DNA of 64,000 nt from an uncultured Candidatus Entotheonella sp. Its GTDB lineage: Bacteria; Tectomicrobia; Entotheonellia; Entotheonellales; Entotheonellaceae. Each line of letters starts with the position of its first letter. Within the stretch, counting starts at the first letter, position 1. Below the pieces are notes generated by a model. The model had not been told where the DNA came from. It saw only the letters and a program-made list of their open reading frames with translations, and searched no databases. The stretch lies in contig OZ244252.1 of the NCBI GenBank assembly GCA_965217185.1, positions 128,001 to 192,000 of the forward strand. The letters run 5' to 3'. Both the position numbers and the translations under genes were made by a program. Shown piece after piece: positions 20,172-33,463 of this stretch.

Positions 20172-21041
20172 TCAACCTTCCGGCTGCAAACCAAAATCGT
20201 AGGTCACCAGCGCGTATCCCGCCGTCACCCCGTATGCCGCCGCCTCTTCCGGGGATTCGATACACCGAAAATCGACGAGCAGCGGTTCCCTGACGCCAAA
20301 CACCGCGTCGGCGTCAATGTAGGCGTCGTCCGCTACGAACAACTCGGTAATCAGGGGCCGATACCCCGCCGCGCTAATCCTGAAATGGATGTGTGCCGGG
20401 CGCCAAGCATGCCGTCCGAGCGCTTGCAGCATCATGCCGACAGGCCCGTCGTAGGGCACCGTATAGGCCACCGGCTTGATGGTGGTGAAGCGGTAGCGCC
20501 CTTGGTCGTCGGTGAACATTTTGCAGCGCAGGTTGCCGGGGCCGTGCTCCGGGTCCTCACTTTCGTACTGCCCATTGGCGGCATTCTGCCAGATTTCCAG
20601 GCAGGCACCGGCAATGGGCGCGCCCTGCGGTGTGGTCACGCGCCCCGCCACCACGACCGGTTCGCCCTCGTTGTCCCCGATGAGATCGCCCCCGACTTCC
20701 AGGGACTGCATCCGCTCGCCATTGATGTAGAACGGCCCCAGCAGGCTTGAGGTGGTGGCGCCGTTGCTGGCGCGATTGTGCAACAGATCGACCAGCGCCG
20801 AGACTCCCAGCGTGTCCGAAGCGAGGATGAACTCGTTGCGGTCGGTCTGGGTGGTTTCGCCCACGCGCACCAGAAATTCCATGGCCGCCATCCACTCGTC
20901 CGGCGTCAGTTCCACCTCGCGTGCAAAGGCGTGCAGGTGGCCGATCAGGCTCGTCATGATCTGCTTGAGGCGGGGCTCGGTGGTATCGGCAATCGTCTGT
21001 AGCGCCGCCTCGGTGATGGTATCCGCAGTGACGTTGCGCAT
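20172..21041 (-). CDS. Intradiol ring-cleavage dioxygenase (catechol/hydroxyquinol 1,2-dioxygenase family)
   Basis: EFILASDTLG, LGPFY, WQ....G.Y and RPAHIHF iron-ligand motifs. Confidence 0.92.
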   Translation of the reverse strand: MRNVTADTITEAALQTIADTTEPRLKQIMTSLIGHLHAFAREVELTPDEWMAAMEFLVRVGETTQTDRNEFILASDTLGVSALVDLLHNRASNGATTSSLLGPFYINGERMQSLEVGGDLIGDNEGEPVVVAGRVTTPQGAPIAGACLEIWQNAANGQYESEDPEHGPGNLRCKMFTDDQGRYRFTTIKPVAYTVPYDGPVGMMLQALGRHAWRPAHIHFRISAAGYRPLITELFVADDAYIDADAVFGVREPLLVDFRCIESPEEAAAYGVTAGYALVTYDFGLQPEG

Positions 21042-21054
21042 GCTTCCAGCCCTC

Positions 21055-21342
21055 CTATCCGTGGGCCTCGCCGTGCTCATGCAGCCAGCCGTCGCCCTCG
21101 GCTTGATCCAGCGTGGCAAGGATTTTGTGTGCTAGTTCCCGCGCCGATTCCGGCGTCAGCTCGACCGCTACGCGGGCGCCCGGCCCTGCTGCCTCGTTGA
21201 CGAAGTCGATATTGAGCGCATGTTCCAAGCGGATATGAAACGGGTGATCGTAGGTGACGTTGGCGGCGCTCAGCTCGAACCAGCCTGCGGTGCCTTTGCC
21301 GCTGCCGAAAATTTTCGCCTGATGGGAAATCATCGTACACAT
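21055..21342 (-). CDS. Small conserved protein, DUF6295-like
   Basis: MCT..., GSGKG..GW, YDHPFH, HALNIDFVN and ARVAVEL; family name recalled, not searched. Confidence 0.7.
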   Translation of the reverse strand: MCTMISHQAKIFGSGKGTAGWFELSAANVTYDHPFHIRLEHALNIDFVNEAAGPGARVAVELTPESARELAHKILATLDQAEGDGWLHEHGEAHG

Positions 21343-21368
21343 CGTTGCGCTCCTTGCCCGGCCTGTGC

Positions 21369-22127
21369 CTACGTGCTGAGGTGGGTTGCGAGAAACGTGA
21401 AGACCTTCTGCCAGCCGTCGACTGCCTGCTCCTGCCGGTAGGCGGGCCGGTCGTAGTAGAAGAAGCCATGACCGGCGCCGGCGTAGCGGTGAAATTCGTA
21501 CGATTTGCCATGCGCCTTGAGCGCCGCTTCGTGCTCGTCCACTTGCGCCAATGTCGGGGCCTGATCATCTTCGCCGAACAGGCCGAGAAGCGGGCACATC
21601 AGGTCTTTCGTGTAGTCGATGGGCGCCACCGGTTGCTTCTCCGTCAGTTCCTGCTGACCCATGACCACGCGACCGCCCCAGCAATCGATGGCGGCGTCGA
21701 AGCCCGGCACCCGGCTGGCCACCAGCACCGTCTGCCGCCCGCCCGAACAGGTGCCGAACACGCCGACCTTGCCGTTGCACGTGGGCAGCGAGCGCAGGTG
21801 CCGCATGGCGCCCTCGACGTCGCCCATGGCCTGCGCGTCGGCCACGCCGCCGGCAGCGCGCACCTGGGCCGCCACGTCTTCCGGGGTGCCGTGGCCTTCG
21901 CGGAAGTAGAGGTTGGGGGACAGCGCCAGATAGCCGTGGTGGGCGAACTTGCGGGTCGCCTCCCGGTACCACTCGTCCCAGCCGGGCAGGTGATGGATAA
22001 GCACCATGCCGGGAAACGGCCCGGCTCCCAGCGGGCGGGCGAAATAGGCGTTGATGACGTCGCCGTTGGCCTCGTGCATGGTGATGGTTTCGGCCACCAT
22101 GCCCTCGTACATGTCGGTCTGATACAT
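21369..22127 (-). CDS. Dienelactone hydrolase family protein
   Basis: GTCSGG nucleophile motif and YAGAGHGF. Confidence 0.92.
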   Translation of the reverse strand: MYQTDMYEGMVAETITMHEANGDVINAYFARPLGAGPFPGMVLIHHLPGWDEWYREATRKFAHHGYLALSPNLYFREGHGTPEDVAAQVRAAGGVADAQAMGDVEGAMRHLRSLPTCNGKVGVFGTCSGGRQTVLVASRVPGFDAAIDCWGGRVVMGQQELTEKQPVAPIDYTKDLMCPLLGLFGEDDQAPTLAQVDEHEAALKAHGKSYEFHRYAGAGHGFFYYDRPAYRQEQAVDGWQKVFTFLATHLST

Positions 22128-22350
22128 AAAGTCACCTCCTGCGTGAGCGCCGCTTCGAATGGGGTTCAGAGGCCGGTACCTTGTCACAAATCACCCCCGG
22201 AAGCAAAGCCGGAATTGCGCTCTGGCTGCCCCTGCCGCGGCATGACTTTCAGGGGCTGATCCAGTATAGTCAGCCGCGCACGCTGGCAAGCGGCCGGCGT
22301 ATCCATCGTTCAATAAAGACGCTGTTTACCAGTGAACTGGGAGAGCCGGT

Positions 22351-23532
<1,182 letters not shown>

Positions 23533-23639
23533 GACTCTGCAATCGGGGCAAGGGACACGTACGGCCTCGCCCCGGGCTCGACTGCAAGCGAAACCGCCGC
23601 CTGTATGTGCTTGTGCAAGCTGTAGCCAAGGAGAAAAAC

Positions 23640-24059
23640 ATGCTCAGGAAGTGCGTCTTCGTCTTGCTGCCTTTGTTAGTGCTTGGATGCGCCGGCTCCC
23701 CAGGCCGGGTATTGCTTACGACGTCCGATAAGCTGAAAGACGTTTCCACCTTCGACCTCTGTAAATCCTATTTCCTCAAGTCTACTGCAAAGCTGAAGCT
23801 CGAATTGAAGGAACGGAACGCATTCACAGCCGAAGAGTGGTCTTTCATCGACCAGCAGAAGATTCACATCGGTATGCGAGAGGTGGCGTTGGTCTGTGCG
23901 TGGGGGCATCCGGGGCTGTTCGGTTCGGTGTCCGAGTCGGTGGCCGACGAGGTCGTCCACAAGCAGTGGGTGTACCGTGCTTGTCCAGGGTGCAAGGCGC
24001 TGTACGTGTACACGGAAAACGGCAAGGTGACGAGCTGGCAGAACCTCAAGTCAGAGTGA
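23640..24059 (+). CDS. Hypothetical lipoprotein
   Basis: RBS AAGGAG, lipobox VLGC, IGM...V..AWG.P and QWVY. Confidence 0.7.
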   Translation: MLRKCVFVLLPLLVLGCAGSPGRVLLTTSDKLKDVSTFDLCKSYFLKSTAKLKLELKERNAFTAEEWSFIDQQKIHIGMREVALVCAWGHPGLFGSVSESVADEVVHKQWVYRACPGCKALYVYTENGKVTSWQNLKSE

Positions 24060-24073
24060 AGGGGCTTGACACC

Positions 24074-24520
24074 CTAAAACGACACGCACGCTGCGGTGAT
24101 CACACGCAAAACGGACTCTTGGCCGAACGCGCGTTTGTACGCCTCTGCAACCTCATCCGTGCGCTGCATCCCATCCGCGTCTCGCTTTGCCAGAATGAGT
24201 ACCAGCTTCGTCCGCTCCCGCACGATCCTGCCCGACCCATCACGCCATTGTCCCGCAGCGTCCAGGACGGTCAGGCCATCGGGAAATCGCGGCGTGATCT
24301 CTTTCGCGAGAAACGCCCGCCAAGCCGCGTCGCTTACCACTTCGATATTCCCCCGACTGCGCCCGAAGAAAAGCCGGTATTCGGTAAAGAGTTCCGTGCC
24401 GGCCGGGCAGGACGGCCTATCGGCCTGCGCGGAAAGCGCCGTGACAGATGCAAGGATCGTCAATAACACGACAGCGCAGATATTATGATGTGTACGTTTC
24501 TTCAAGACTTTTCCTCTCAT
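24074..24520 (-). CDS. DUF3574 family protein
   Basis: LFFG, W..F...ITPRFPDGLTV.DA.GQW and F.QESVLR. Confidence 0.8.
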   Translation of the reverse strand: MRGKVLKKRTHHNICAVVLLTILASVTALSAQADRPSCPAGTELFTEYRLFFGRSRGNIEVVSDAAWRAFLAKEITPRFPDGLTVLDAAGQWRDGSGRIVRERTKLVLILAKRDADGMQRTDEVAEAYKRAFGQESVLRVITAACVSF

Positions 24521-24578
24521 TGTGTGTTATCTCGCCAACGGCAATATCTGAAACGGCGTATTAGGGTCCCTTGCAAGC

Positions 24579-24821
24579 TCACGGGGCCTGTTTTGCGTCG
24601 GTGTTGTAGGTCTTCAGGGCTTCCATGGCCAACTCGGCGGGGTGCTTGACGACTTCGAGTTCCGTGTCCGGCGATACCGCAATGCCGCTTCGGGTGGCGA
24701 AGGTCACCCGGCAACCGGCGCCCTGCTTGGTGAGCACCCCGACTTGGCCGTCGGGCAAGCGTACGAGGGTCCAATCGCTCAGGTATTTGGCGTTTACCAG
24801 TCGGTCTTTGCGCGATGCCAT
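24579..24821 (-). CDS. Hypothetical protein
   Basis: 80-aa ORF with RBS-like AGGA upstream; no motif recognised. Confidence 0.5.
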   Translation of the reverse strand: MASRKDRLVNAKYLSDWTLVRLPDGQVGVLTKQGAGCRVTFATRSGIAVSPDTELEVVKHPAELAMEALKTYNTDAKQAP

Positions 24822-24890
24822 GATGTGAGTCCTGCCTGTTTGGAAGCAATCTCCGATCTGATTTCCAGGATGCGCAATGTCCCCGAATCG

Positions 24891-24993
24891 GTCATTCCGG
24901 CGTATGCCGGAATCCAGTGGCCTTGGCTTCAGTTCGAGGCGGGTTCTTGGCTCTCGGAAAACCTTCTGGGCTCTGGTTTCCGCCAGAGTGACG
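24891..24993. repeat. GTCA-type REP-like inverted pair
   Basis: GTCATTCCGGCGTATGCCGGAATCCAG and, on the minus strand, GTCACTCTGGCGGAAACCAGAGCCCAG. Confidence 0.7.
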
Positions 24994-25005
24994 CGACTTT
25001 GCCAG

Positions 25006-25461
25006 TTAGGGTTGCGGCAGCGTGTGCGGCCAGATGATCCGAGCCGTCAGCAGCGGCTCCCCGGCTCGCTGTTGCGCTTGCGCAATGGCCGTCAGCCAGG
25101 CGGTCAGACGTTGGCAGCGGTTGCGCATGTCGCTGGGTGTATCGGCGTAGAGCCGGATCACCGCCCGCAGGCGGCCGGGGATGTCCAGGTCGGGATTGGC
25201 GACCATCTCTGAGTCCCCAGCCTGTTGCAGCACCAGGGCGAGGGCCTCCCGTCCGCTGCTCAGCACGTTGCGGGCGTCTTCGATGGTCCGCTCGATTGCC
25301 AGCCGGGGCGTGCCGGCGAGATGCCCTTCACGCCCCAACGCCTGCCAATCGACAGCGGCCAGTTCCCCCAAAGCCGCCCCGTACGTTTCGTGCAGCGCGT
25401 CGAGTTGGCGCCGCAACGTTTCCACATTGTCCACCAGATTGCTGAGTTCATCTGAAGGCAT
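25006..25461 (-). CDS. Hypothetical helical protein
   Basis: RBS GGAGG upstream; co-oriented with uppP. Confidence 0.55.
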   Translation of the reverse strand: MPSDELSNLVDNVETLRRQLDALHETYGAALGELAAVDWQALGREGHLAGTPRLAIERTIEDARNVLSSGREALALVLQQAGDSEMVANPDLDIPGRLRAVIRLYADTPSDMRNRCQRLTAWLTAIAQAQQRAGEPLLTARIIWPHTLPQP

Positions 25462-25488
25462 ACGGTGCCAACCTCCGGGGGTTAAGGG

Positions 25489-26283
25489 TCAGCGCCACAG
25501 CAGCAAGACCGCGCCGGCCACGACGAGGCGATACCAGCCGAACGGCGCCAGGGTGTAGCTGCCGAGCAGGCGAAGGAAGAATTTGACCGCCAGCCTCGCC
25601 GACAACCAGGCGACGATGAAGCCAATAGCGAAGATCGGCAGGCTTTCGAGCTCCAGGTGCCGCCAGCTTTTCAGCAGGTCGTAGCCAATGGCGGCGAACA
25701 TCACCGGCACGGCGGCGAGGAAGGAGTATTCGGTTGCCGTGCGGCGCTCAAGGCCGGCGATGCGCCCGCCGATTATAGTTGCCGCGGCGCGCGATACCCC
25801 TGGCCACAGCGACAGGCACTGGAACAGCCCGACCAGCAGTGCATCACGCCACTGCAAGGCGCCCAGACCTGCGCGGCCAGGCCGCACCCACAGCCGCTCG
25901 ACCAGCAGAATGGCCACCCCGCCGACACCGAGTCCCAGGGCGACGGTGCCGGGATTGAACAGGTGTTGTTTGATAAAGCCATGCGCTGCGGCGCCGCATA
26001 CCAGGGCGGGCAGGGTGGTCAGGCCGAGCAGCAGGAGCCCGCGACTGCCCCCGAATTCGCTTTCCCGGCGGCCTGGCAGCAGGCTGCGGAAGCGATCCTT
26101 GTACAGCCCCACCACCGCCAGGATGGCGCCCGACTGGATGAAAATCTGAAACGTCGCCGCCTGCGGTCCGCGCCAATCGATCAGGTGTCCGACCACAATC
26201 ATGTGCCCGGTGGACGAGACCGGGAGAAACTCCGTCAGCCCCTCGACGACGCCCAAGAGGACGGCCGACAGCACCATGAACAT
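25489..26283 (-). CDS. uppP: Undecaprenyl-diphosphate phosphatase
   Basis: VEGLTEFLPVSSTGH and PGVSR motifs; multiple TM segments. Confidence 0.95.
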   Translation of the reverse strand: MFMVLSAVLLGVVEGLTEFLPVSSTGHMIVVGHLIDWRGPQAATFQIFIQSGAILAVVGLYKDRFRSLLPGRRESEFGGSRGLLLLGLTTLPALVCGAAAHGFIKQHLFNPGTVALGLGVGGVAILLVERLWVRPGRAGLGALQWRDALLVGLFQCLSLWPGVSRAAATIIGGRIAGLERRTATEYSFLAAVPVMFAAIGYDLLKSWRHLELESLPIFAIGFIVAWLSARLAVKFFLRLLGSYTLAPFGWYRLVVAGAVLLLWR

Positions 26284-26563
26284 GGGTGATTCTCCCAACC
26301 GGTTTCCGTGACCTATGCAGGCGCGCGGCATCCTAGCACAGCCCACGGCGCCAGCAAAAGTCGGCCGCCGAGCGCGTCTCACTCTGGATCCCCCCTCTCC
26401 CTAACCCTCCCACGCACAGGGGGGAGGGGCGCTGAGCGACTCATGTAAGTCGCACGTGTCGAGGGGGAGAAAGAGCAAATGTGCTACTATGAACGCCGTG
26501 TTTTACCGTCTGAGTTCAAGCCCTCATGCGGGGTTGAACCCCGCGTCAATTCGGAGTATCGGC

Positions 26564-27118
26564 ATGACTCGAAACCTCATTCTGCTGCTCAGCGTTGCGT
26601 GTCTGGTCGCGGTGGCCATCCTGTCCGGCGGACACGTCCTGTCCGGCACCTCCGAGGAGGACGCATTGGCCGCCGCCGCGCGGGCCATCATGCAGACCCT
26701 GCCGCATCTCAACGGCCCGCGGGTGACGGACGCCACGTTCGACGACAAGGTGCTCATCGTCACCTTTTTTGCGAGTTGGTGTCCGCCTTGCCGGCAGGAG
26801 TTTGCGGACCTGAGCGACATCTACCGGCAATACCGCGAGTCCGGGCTGGAGGTCGTGGCCATCAACCTCTTCGAAGACTTCGACAACTTCTCCGACGACG
26901 AACGGCTGGCGACCTTTCTCGAACTGACCCAGCCGCCCTTCACCGTGGTCAGGGGCAACGACGCCATCTCGCAACAGTTCGGCACCATCCGGCGCATCCC
27001 CAGCCTGTTTGTTTTTGACCGTCAGGGCCGCCGGATCCTGACTTTCGCCCACGAGCGCGGCGCGCAGGCCACCCTCGACGCCGCGGCGCTGCGACAGGTC
27101 ATTTCGCCGTTGCTGTAG
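26564..27118 (+). CDS. TlpA-family thiol:disulfide oxidoreductase
   Basis: N-terminal membrane anchor, FFASWCPPC and IPSLFVFDR. Confidence 0.88.
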   Translation: MTRNLILLLSVACLVAVAILSGGHVLSGTSEEDALAAAARAIMQTLPHLNGPRVTDATFDDKVLIVTFFASWCPPCRQEFADLSDIYRQYRESGLEVVAINLFEDFDNFSDDERLATFLELTQPPFTVVRGNDAISQQFGTIRRIPSLFVFDRQGRRILTFAHERGAQATLDAAALRQVISPLL

Positions 27119-27154
27119 CGGCTTCCCCACAAGCACACAAAAGGAAGATGAACT

Positions 27155-27868
27155 ATGAGTCTTGCAGGCGTGCAGGCGCTGACGTTTGACGTGTTCGGCA
27201 CGGTGGTTGATTGGCGCGGCAGCATCATTCGCGAGGGCGAGGCGTTGGGGGCAGCGCACGGCCTGGAGGTGGATTGGGCGGCGTTTGCCGATGCCTGGCG
27301 CGGTGGTTACCGGCCTTCCATGGCGCGGGTGCGCAGCGGCGAGCTGCCGTGGACGAACATCGACACTTTGCACCGCATGATCCTGGACGATCTACTTGAG
27401 AAACACGGCATCAGCGCTCTGAGCGAGGCCGACAAGCAGCACTGGAACCGCGTCTGGCACCGTCTGACGCCGTGGCCGGATTCGGTGTCGGGCCTCACCC
27501 GCCTGCGGCAGCATTACGTACTGGCGACGCTGTCGAATGGCAACGTGGCGCTGCTGACCAATATGGCCAAGCATGGCGGCCTGCCGTGGGATTGCATCCT
27601 GTCGGCGGAGATCATGCGGCATTACAAGCCGGACCCGGAGACCTACCTGGGCGCCGCCGAGTTGCTGGGTCTGCAGCCCTCGGAGGTCATGATGGTGGCG
27701 GCGCACAAGTCGGACCTGAAAGCGGCCCAGGCCGTTGGCCTGCGCGCCGCTTTCGTGACGCGCCCGCTCGAATTCGGCCCCGGTGTCGAGGTGGACGTAG
27801 AGCCGGACCCGGCTTTCGATGTCCATGCTCGTGATTTCAATGATCTCGCGGACCAGTTGGCGCGCTGA
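27155..27868 (+). CDS. Haloacid dehalogenase type II
   Basis: FDVFGTVVDW, LSNGN, YKPDP and MVAAH. Confidence 0.9.
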   Translation: MSLAGVQALTFDVFGTVVDWRGSIIREGEALGAAHGLEVDWAAFADAWRGGYRPSMARVRSGELPWTNIDTLHRMILDDLLEKHGISALSEADKQHWNRVWHRLTPWPDSVSGLTRLRQHYVLATLSNGNVALLTNMAKHGGLPWDCILSAEIMRHYKPDPETYLGAAELLGLQPSEVMMVAAHKSDLKAAQAVGLRAAFVTRPLEFGPGVEVDVEPDPAFDVHARDFNDLADQLAR

Positions 27869-27887
27869 AAGCGGTGGGAGGTGAGCA

Positions 27888-28709
27888 TTGATGCTGAGCG
27901 GGCAAATCGAAAAGATGGGGTCGCGGCTGGCGGATCCGGTGGAATACCATCTGCCCATCGGTGACGAAGAGGTAGCGCTCAATCCCTTCCTGGGCCGCCG
28001 GCTGACCTTGAGCTACGCGGGCGTCATCACCTGCATCGCCTGCGGCACCAAGACCAAGCGGAGCTTCTCGCAGGGCTATTGCTATCCGTGCTGCATACGC
28101 TTGGCGCAGTGCGACCTGTGCATCGTCAAGCCCGAGACGTGCCACTACCACTTGGGGACGTGCCGCGAGCCGGCATGGGGCGAGCAGCACTGCATGATTC
28201 CCCATTTCGTCTATCTGGCCAACGCTTCGGGGCTCAAGGTGGGTATTACCCGCACCTCGCAGGTGCCGACCCGCTGGATCGACCAAGGGGCGACGCAGGC
28301 GCTGGCGATTCTCAAGGTGCGGACGCGCCGCCAGTCCGGCCTCATGGAAGCGGCGTTGAAACAGTACGTTGCCGACAGGACGAATTGGCAGGCGATGCTC
28401 AAGGGTCAGGCGCCCGGCGTTAACCTCGCGCAGCAGCGCGACGTGCTGCTGGAACAGGTCGGCGGCGCCATGCAGGCGGTCAACGAGCAGTTCGGCGGGT
28501 CCGTCGTCGAGGTGCTGGAGCGGCAGGCGGTGGATATCGCCTACCCGGTGCTCGAATACCCTGCCAAGGTGCGCTCGTTCAACCTCGACAAGAACCCGCA
28601 GGCCGAGGGCGTTCTGCAGGGCATCAAGGGCCAGTACCTCATCTTCGATACGGGCGTCATCAACGTGCGCAAGTACACCGGTTATCACCTCACGCTTCAA
28701 GTCGATTGA
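27888..28709 (+). CDS. DUF2797 domain protein
   Basis: CxxC/Cys-rich N-terminus, VYLA....KVGITR, RWIDQGA and GIKGQYL. Confidence 0.85.
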   Translation: MMLSGQIEKMGSRLADPVEYHLPIGDEEVALNPFLGRRLTLSYAGVITCIACGTKTKRSFSQGYCYPCCIRLAQCDLCIVKPETCHYHLGTCREPAWGEQHCMIPHFVYLANASGLKVGITRTSQVPTRWIDQGATQALAILKVRTRRQSGLMEAALKQYVADRTNWQAMLKGQAPGVNLAQQRDVLLEQVGGAMQAVNEQFGGSVVEVLERQAVDIAYPVLEYPAKVRSFNLDKNPQAEGVLQGIKGQYLIFDTGVINVRKYTGYHLTLQVD

Positions 28710-28741
28710 CGCCACGCGCGCAGCACAACAGGGAGTGATTC

Positions 28742-29665
28742 ATGTCGGATATCGTGTTTGGAACGGCCTTGCAGACGGTGACGGACGTGGCGGCGTTTGC
28801 CCGCCGGGCCGAGGACCTCGGGTTTGATCTGTTGGGGTGCGGCGAGCACGTGATGTTTCACGGCCCGGTGGGCAATACGTTCATTTCGTTGTCGGTGGCG
28901 GCGGGCGCGACGCAGCGCATCCGGCTGCTGAGCTCGATTGTCCTGCTGCCGTTGTATCCCGCTGCTTTGGCCGCCAAACTGGGCGCCGCGCTGGACGTGG
29001 CGTCGAACGGCAGATACAACTTTGGGGTGGGCGTCGGCGGCGAGTTTCCCAAGGAGTTCGAGGCTTGCGGCGTGCCGGTCAATCAACGCGGCGCCCGCAC
29101 CAACGAGGCGCTTGAGGTCATCACCCGGCTGTGGACCGAACAGAACGTCACCTTTCATGGCCGCTTCACCACCACCAACGAGGTGACGATTTCTCCCGCG
29201 CCGGTGCAGAAGCCGCACCCGCCCATCTGGGTGGCCGGTCGCCGCGACGCCGCCATGAAACGCGCCGCGCGCTACGCCAATGGCTGGCTGCCGTACATGT
29301 ACACACCGGAACAACTGCACGACAGCATCGAGACGATCACCCGCTACCGCGGCGAATTCGGCCGCGACATGGCGGATTTCAGCCCCGGCGTGTTCATCTT
29401 TACCACGGTGCACCGCGACGGCGACAAGGCCCGCCAGATGTGCAACGACAAGCTCAGCACCCAGTACGCGCAGGACTTCACCAAGCTGGTGCCGCGTTAC
29501 GCCCTCGCCGGCACCCCGGAGGAATGCCGCAAGCGCCTGCAGGAATACATCGACGCCGGCGCCCGCACGATCATCCTGCCCGCCGCTGGCCCGGCCGATT
29601 ACAACGACGAGAACCTCGCCATGATCGCGCAGGAAGTCATCCCGGCGTTTCGTAGCGGGAATTAG
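28742..29665 (+). CDS. LLM class flavin-dependent oxidoreductase
   Basis: AEDLGFD...GEH, LDVASNGR and PVQKPHPPIWVAG. Confidence 0.9.
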   Translation: MSDIVFGTALQTVTDVAAFARRAEDLGFDLLGCGEHVMFHGPVGNTFISLSVAAGATQRIRLLSSIVLLPLYPAALAAKLGAALDVASNGRYNFGVGVGGEFPKEFEACGVPVNQRGARTNEALEVITRLWTEQNVTFHGRFTTTNEVTISPAPVQKPHPPIWVAGRRDAAMKRAARYANGWLPYMYTPEQLHDSIETITRYRGEFGRDMADFSPGVFIFTTVHRDGDKARQMCNDKLSTQYAQDFTKLVPRYALAGTPEECRKRLQEYIDAGARTIILPAAGPADYNDENLAMIAQEVIPAFRSGN

Positions 29666-29831
29666 GGACGGTTTGAGCAGGCAGGCAATCCTGCCCCGCT
29701 CGTCATACCGGGCCTGAAGGGGAAGTGCTGTATGAGCGAAATGCGGCCTGAACCCGGATATGGGCCACGGAGGCGAAGCTGGCTGCCGAACAGGTAAAAA
29801 CTGCGGTACTGCAGAGTTTGAGGAGGGCAAT

Positions 29832-30077
29832 ATGTCGAGTGAATACCAGCTACACCTTCAGATCAGGCAATTGGAAACGGGCGAGTACCTTGCGACTTCC
29901 GATGATTTGCCTGGACTTGTGGCCCAAGGCAGAACTGTGGCCGAAGCAGTGGAAATCTCCCAAGACGTGGCAAGGAAGCTCATCGAATCCTATAGGGAGC
30001 ATGGCGACCCGCTGCCCGAGAGCCTGCGCCCCTTGAATAAGTCAACCCTGGAACTGACCGTCCCCGTGGGGGCCTGA
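29832..30077 (+). CDS. hicB: HicB-family antitoxin
   Basis: DLPGLVAQG.T..EA motif; adjacent hicA remnant. Confidence 0.85.
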   Translation: MSSEYQLHLQIRQLETGEYLATSDDLPGLVAQGRTVAEAVEISQDVARKLIESYREHGDPLPESLRPLNKSTLELTVPVGA

Positions 30078-30278
30078 TGGGCCGATTGGCAGGGTTCACC
30101 TATCGACAGGTGACTCGTAAATTGCGGCGCCTAGGATTTGTATTCGACCGGTAGGCACGCGGAAGCCATGAGATACCGAACGACTATTCCAAATCATCGA
30201 GGGAATTTACCAGAGGGCACACTTGCGGCGATTCTGCAGCAGGCAGGTATTACCGCAGAAGAATTTCTCTCAGAGTAG
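30077..30278 (+). pseudogene. hicA: HicA-family toxin pseudogene
   Basis: MGRLAGFTYRQVTRKLRRLGFVFDR*ARGSHEI, then frameshift to TTIPNHRGNLPEGTLAAILQQAGI; TAG at 30152-30154. Confidence 0.85.
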
Positions 30279-30386
30279 GAATCCAAAAATCTTACTTCGT
30301 CCGACGAATAAGAAATTTTGCCGGCCTGATGTGTCCCCAAGGATCGAAGGTCTGTTGGTCTTTATAAACCCCATAAGGAACCGCAC

Positions 30387-31535
30387 ATGGCTGAGTCGTA
30401 CGATCTGCTCCTCAAGAACGGCGATATCATCGATCCGTCGCAGGATATGCGGCGGCGCGGCGATGTCGCCTTCCGTGACGGCCGGGTGGCTGCCATCAAG
30501 GCCGATATTCCGGTTGCCGAGGCGGCCGAGGTGATCGACGTCAGAGGCCACCTGGTGACGCCAGGTCTCATGGACATCCACGGCCATTTCTATTATCGCG
30601 GCTGGCCCGGCGCGGTGGACCCGGACGTTGCCTGCCTGCCGGCGGGGGTGACCACCGCGGTGGACGCCGGCAGCACCGGGTGGGGCAACTACGCGGCCTT
30701 GCGCGACTACGTCATGCGCGATTCGCACACGCGGCTGTACGCCTTCGTGCACCTGTGCGCCACTGGTCTGACGTCGCTCACGGCGCGCGTCGGCGAGTTG
30801 CAGAACCTGGCCTTCGCGCAGACCGACCAGGCTATTCGCTGCATCGGAGACAACCCGGATCAGACGCTGGGCGTCAAGGTGCGCATCGATCACCGCGCTA
30901 CCGGCGAGGCCAACGCCCTGCCGGCCCTGCAAATGGCGCGCGAGGTGGCGGACACGACGCAATCGCAGATGATGGTGCACGTCAGCGGCACGCCCGTGCC
31001 CCTGGTGCGCCTCTTCGATTTCATGCGCGCCGGGGATGTCGCCACCCACATTCTCAACGGCCACGCGCATAACGTTCTGGACGGCAACGGACGGATTCGT
31101 GACGAGGTGCGGGAGGCTCGGGAGCGGGGGATCGTGCTGGACGTGGGGCACGCCGGGGTGCATTTCGATCTCAACGTGGCGCGCGCCGCGGTGTCGCAGG
31201 AGTTCTGGCCGGACACCCTGAGCACCGACATTCACACACCGCCGCCCGACCGCGTGGTCTACGACCTGCTCGGCGTCATGTCCACGTTTCTGGCGCTGGA
31301 GATGCCGCTGGAAGCGGTGATCGCCAGCGTCACCAGCAAGGCCGCCGTGGCCATCGGCAAGCCGGAACTGGGCAGTCTGCGGGTCGGCAGTCCCGGCGAC
31401 GCCGCGGTTCTGGAGCTTCAGGAAGGCGAGTTCAGTTTCGTGGACGCGGCGGGCAACGAGGTGTCCGCCGGTCAGCGGCTGCACGCCATGCTGACGGTCA
31501 AGGGCGGGCGCCGCTGGCGCCCGCTGGCGGCCTGA
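30387..31535 (+). CDS. Amidohydrolase/deacetylase family metallohydrolase (dihydroorotase-like)
   Basis: PGLMDIHGH, GVTTAVDAGSTG, DVGH and STDIH. Confidence 0.88.
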   Translation: MAESYDLLLKNGDIIDPSQDMRRRGDVAFRDGRVAAIKADIPVAEAAEVIDVRGHLVTPGLMDIHGHFYYRGWPGAVDPDVACLPAGVTTAVDAGSTGWGNYAALRDYVMRDSHTRLYAFVHLCATGLTSLTARVGELQNLAFAQTDQAIRCIGDNPDQTLGVKVRIDHRATGEANALPALQMAREVADTTQSQMMVHVSGTPVPLVRLFDFMRAGDVATHILNGHAHNVLDGNGRIRDEVREARERGIVLDVGHAGVHFDLNVARAAVSQEFWPDTLSTDIHTPPPDRVVYDLLGVMSTFLALEMPLEAVIASVTSKAAVAIGKPELGSLRVGSPGDAAVLELQEGEFSFVDAAGNEVSAGQRLHAMLTVKGGRRWRPLAA

Positions 31536-31548
31536 CCCGCGCCGCGTT

Positions 31549-33453
<1,905 letters not shown>

Positions 33454-33463
33454 TGCCGCTTCC

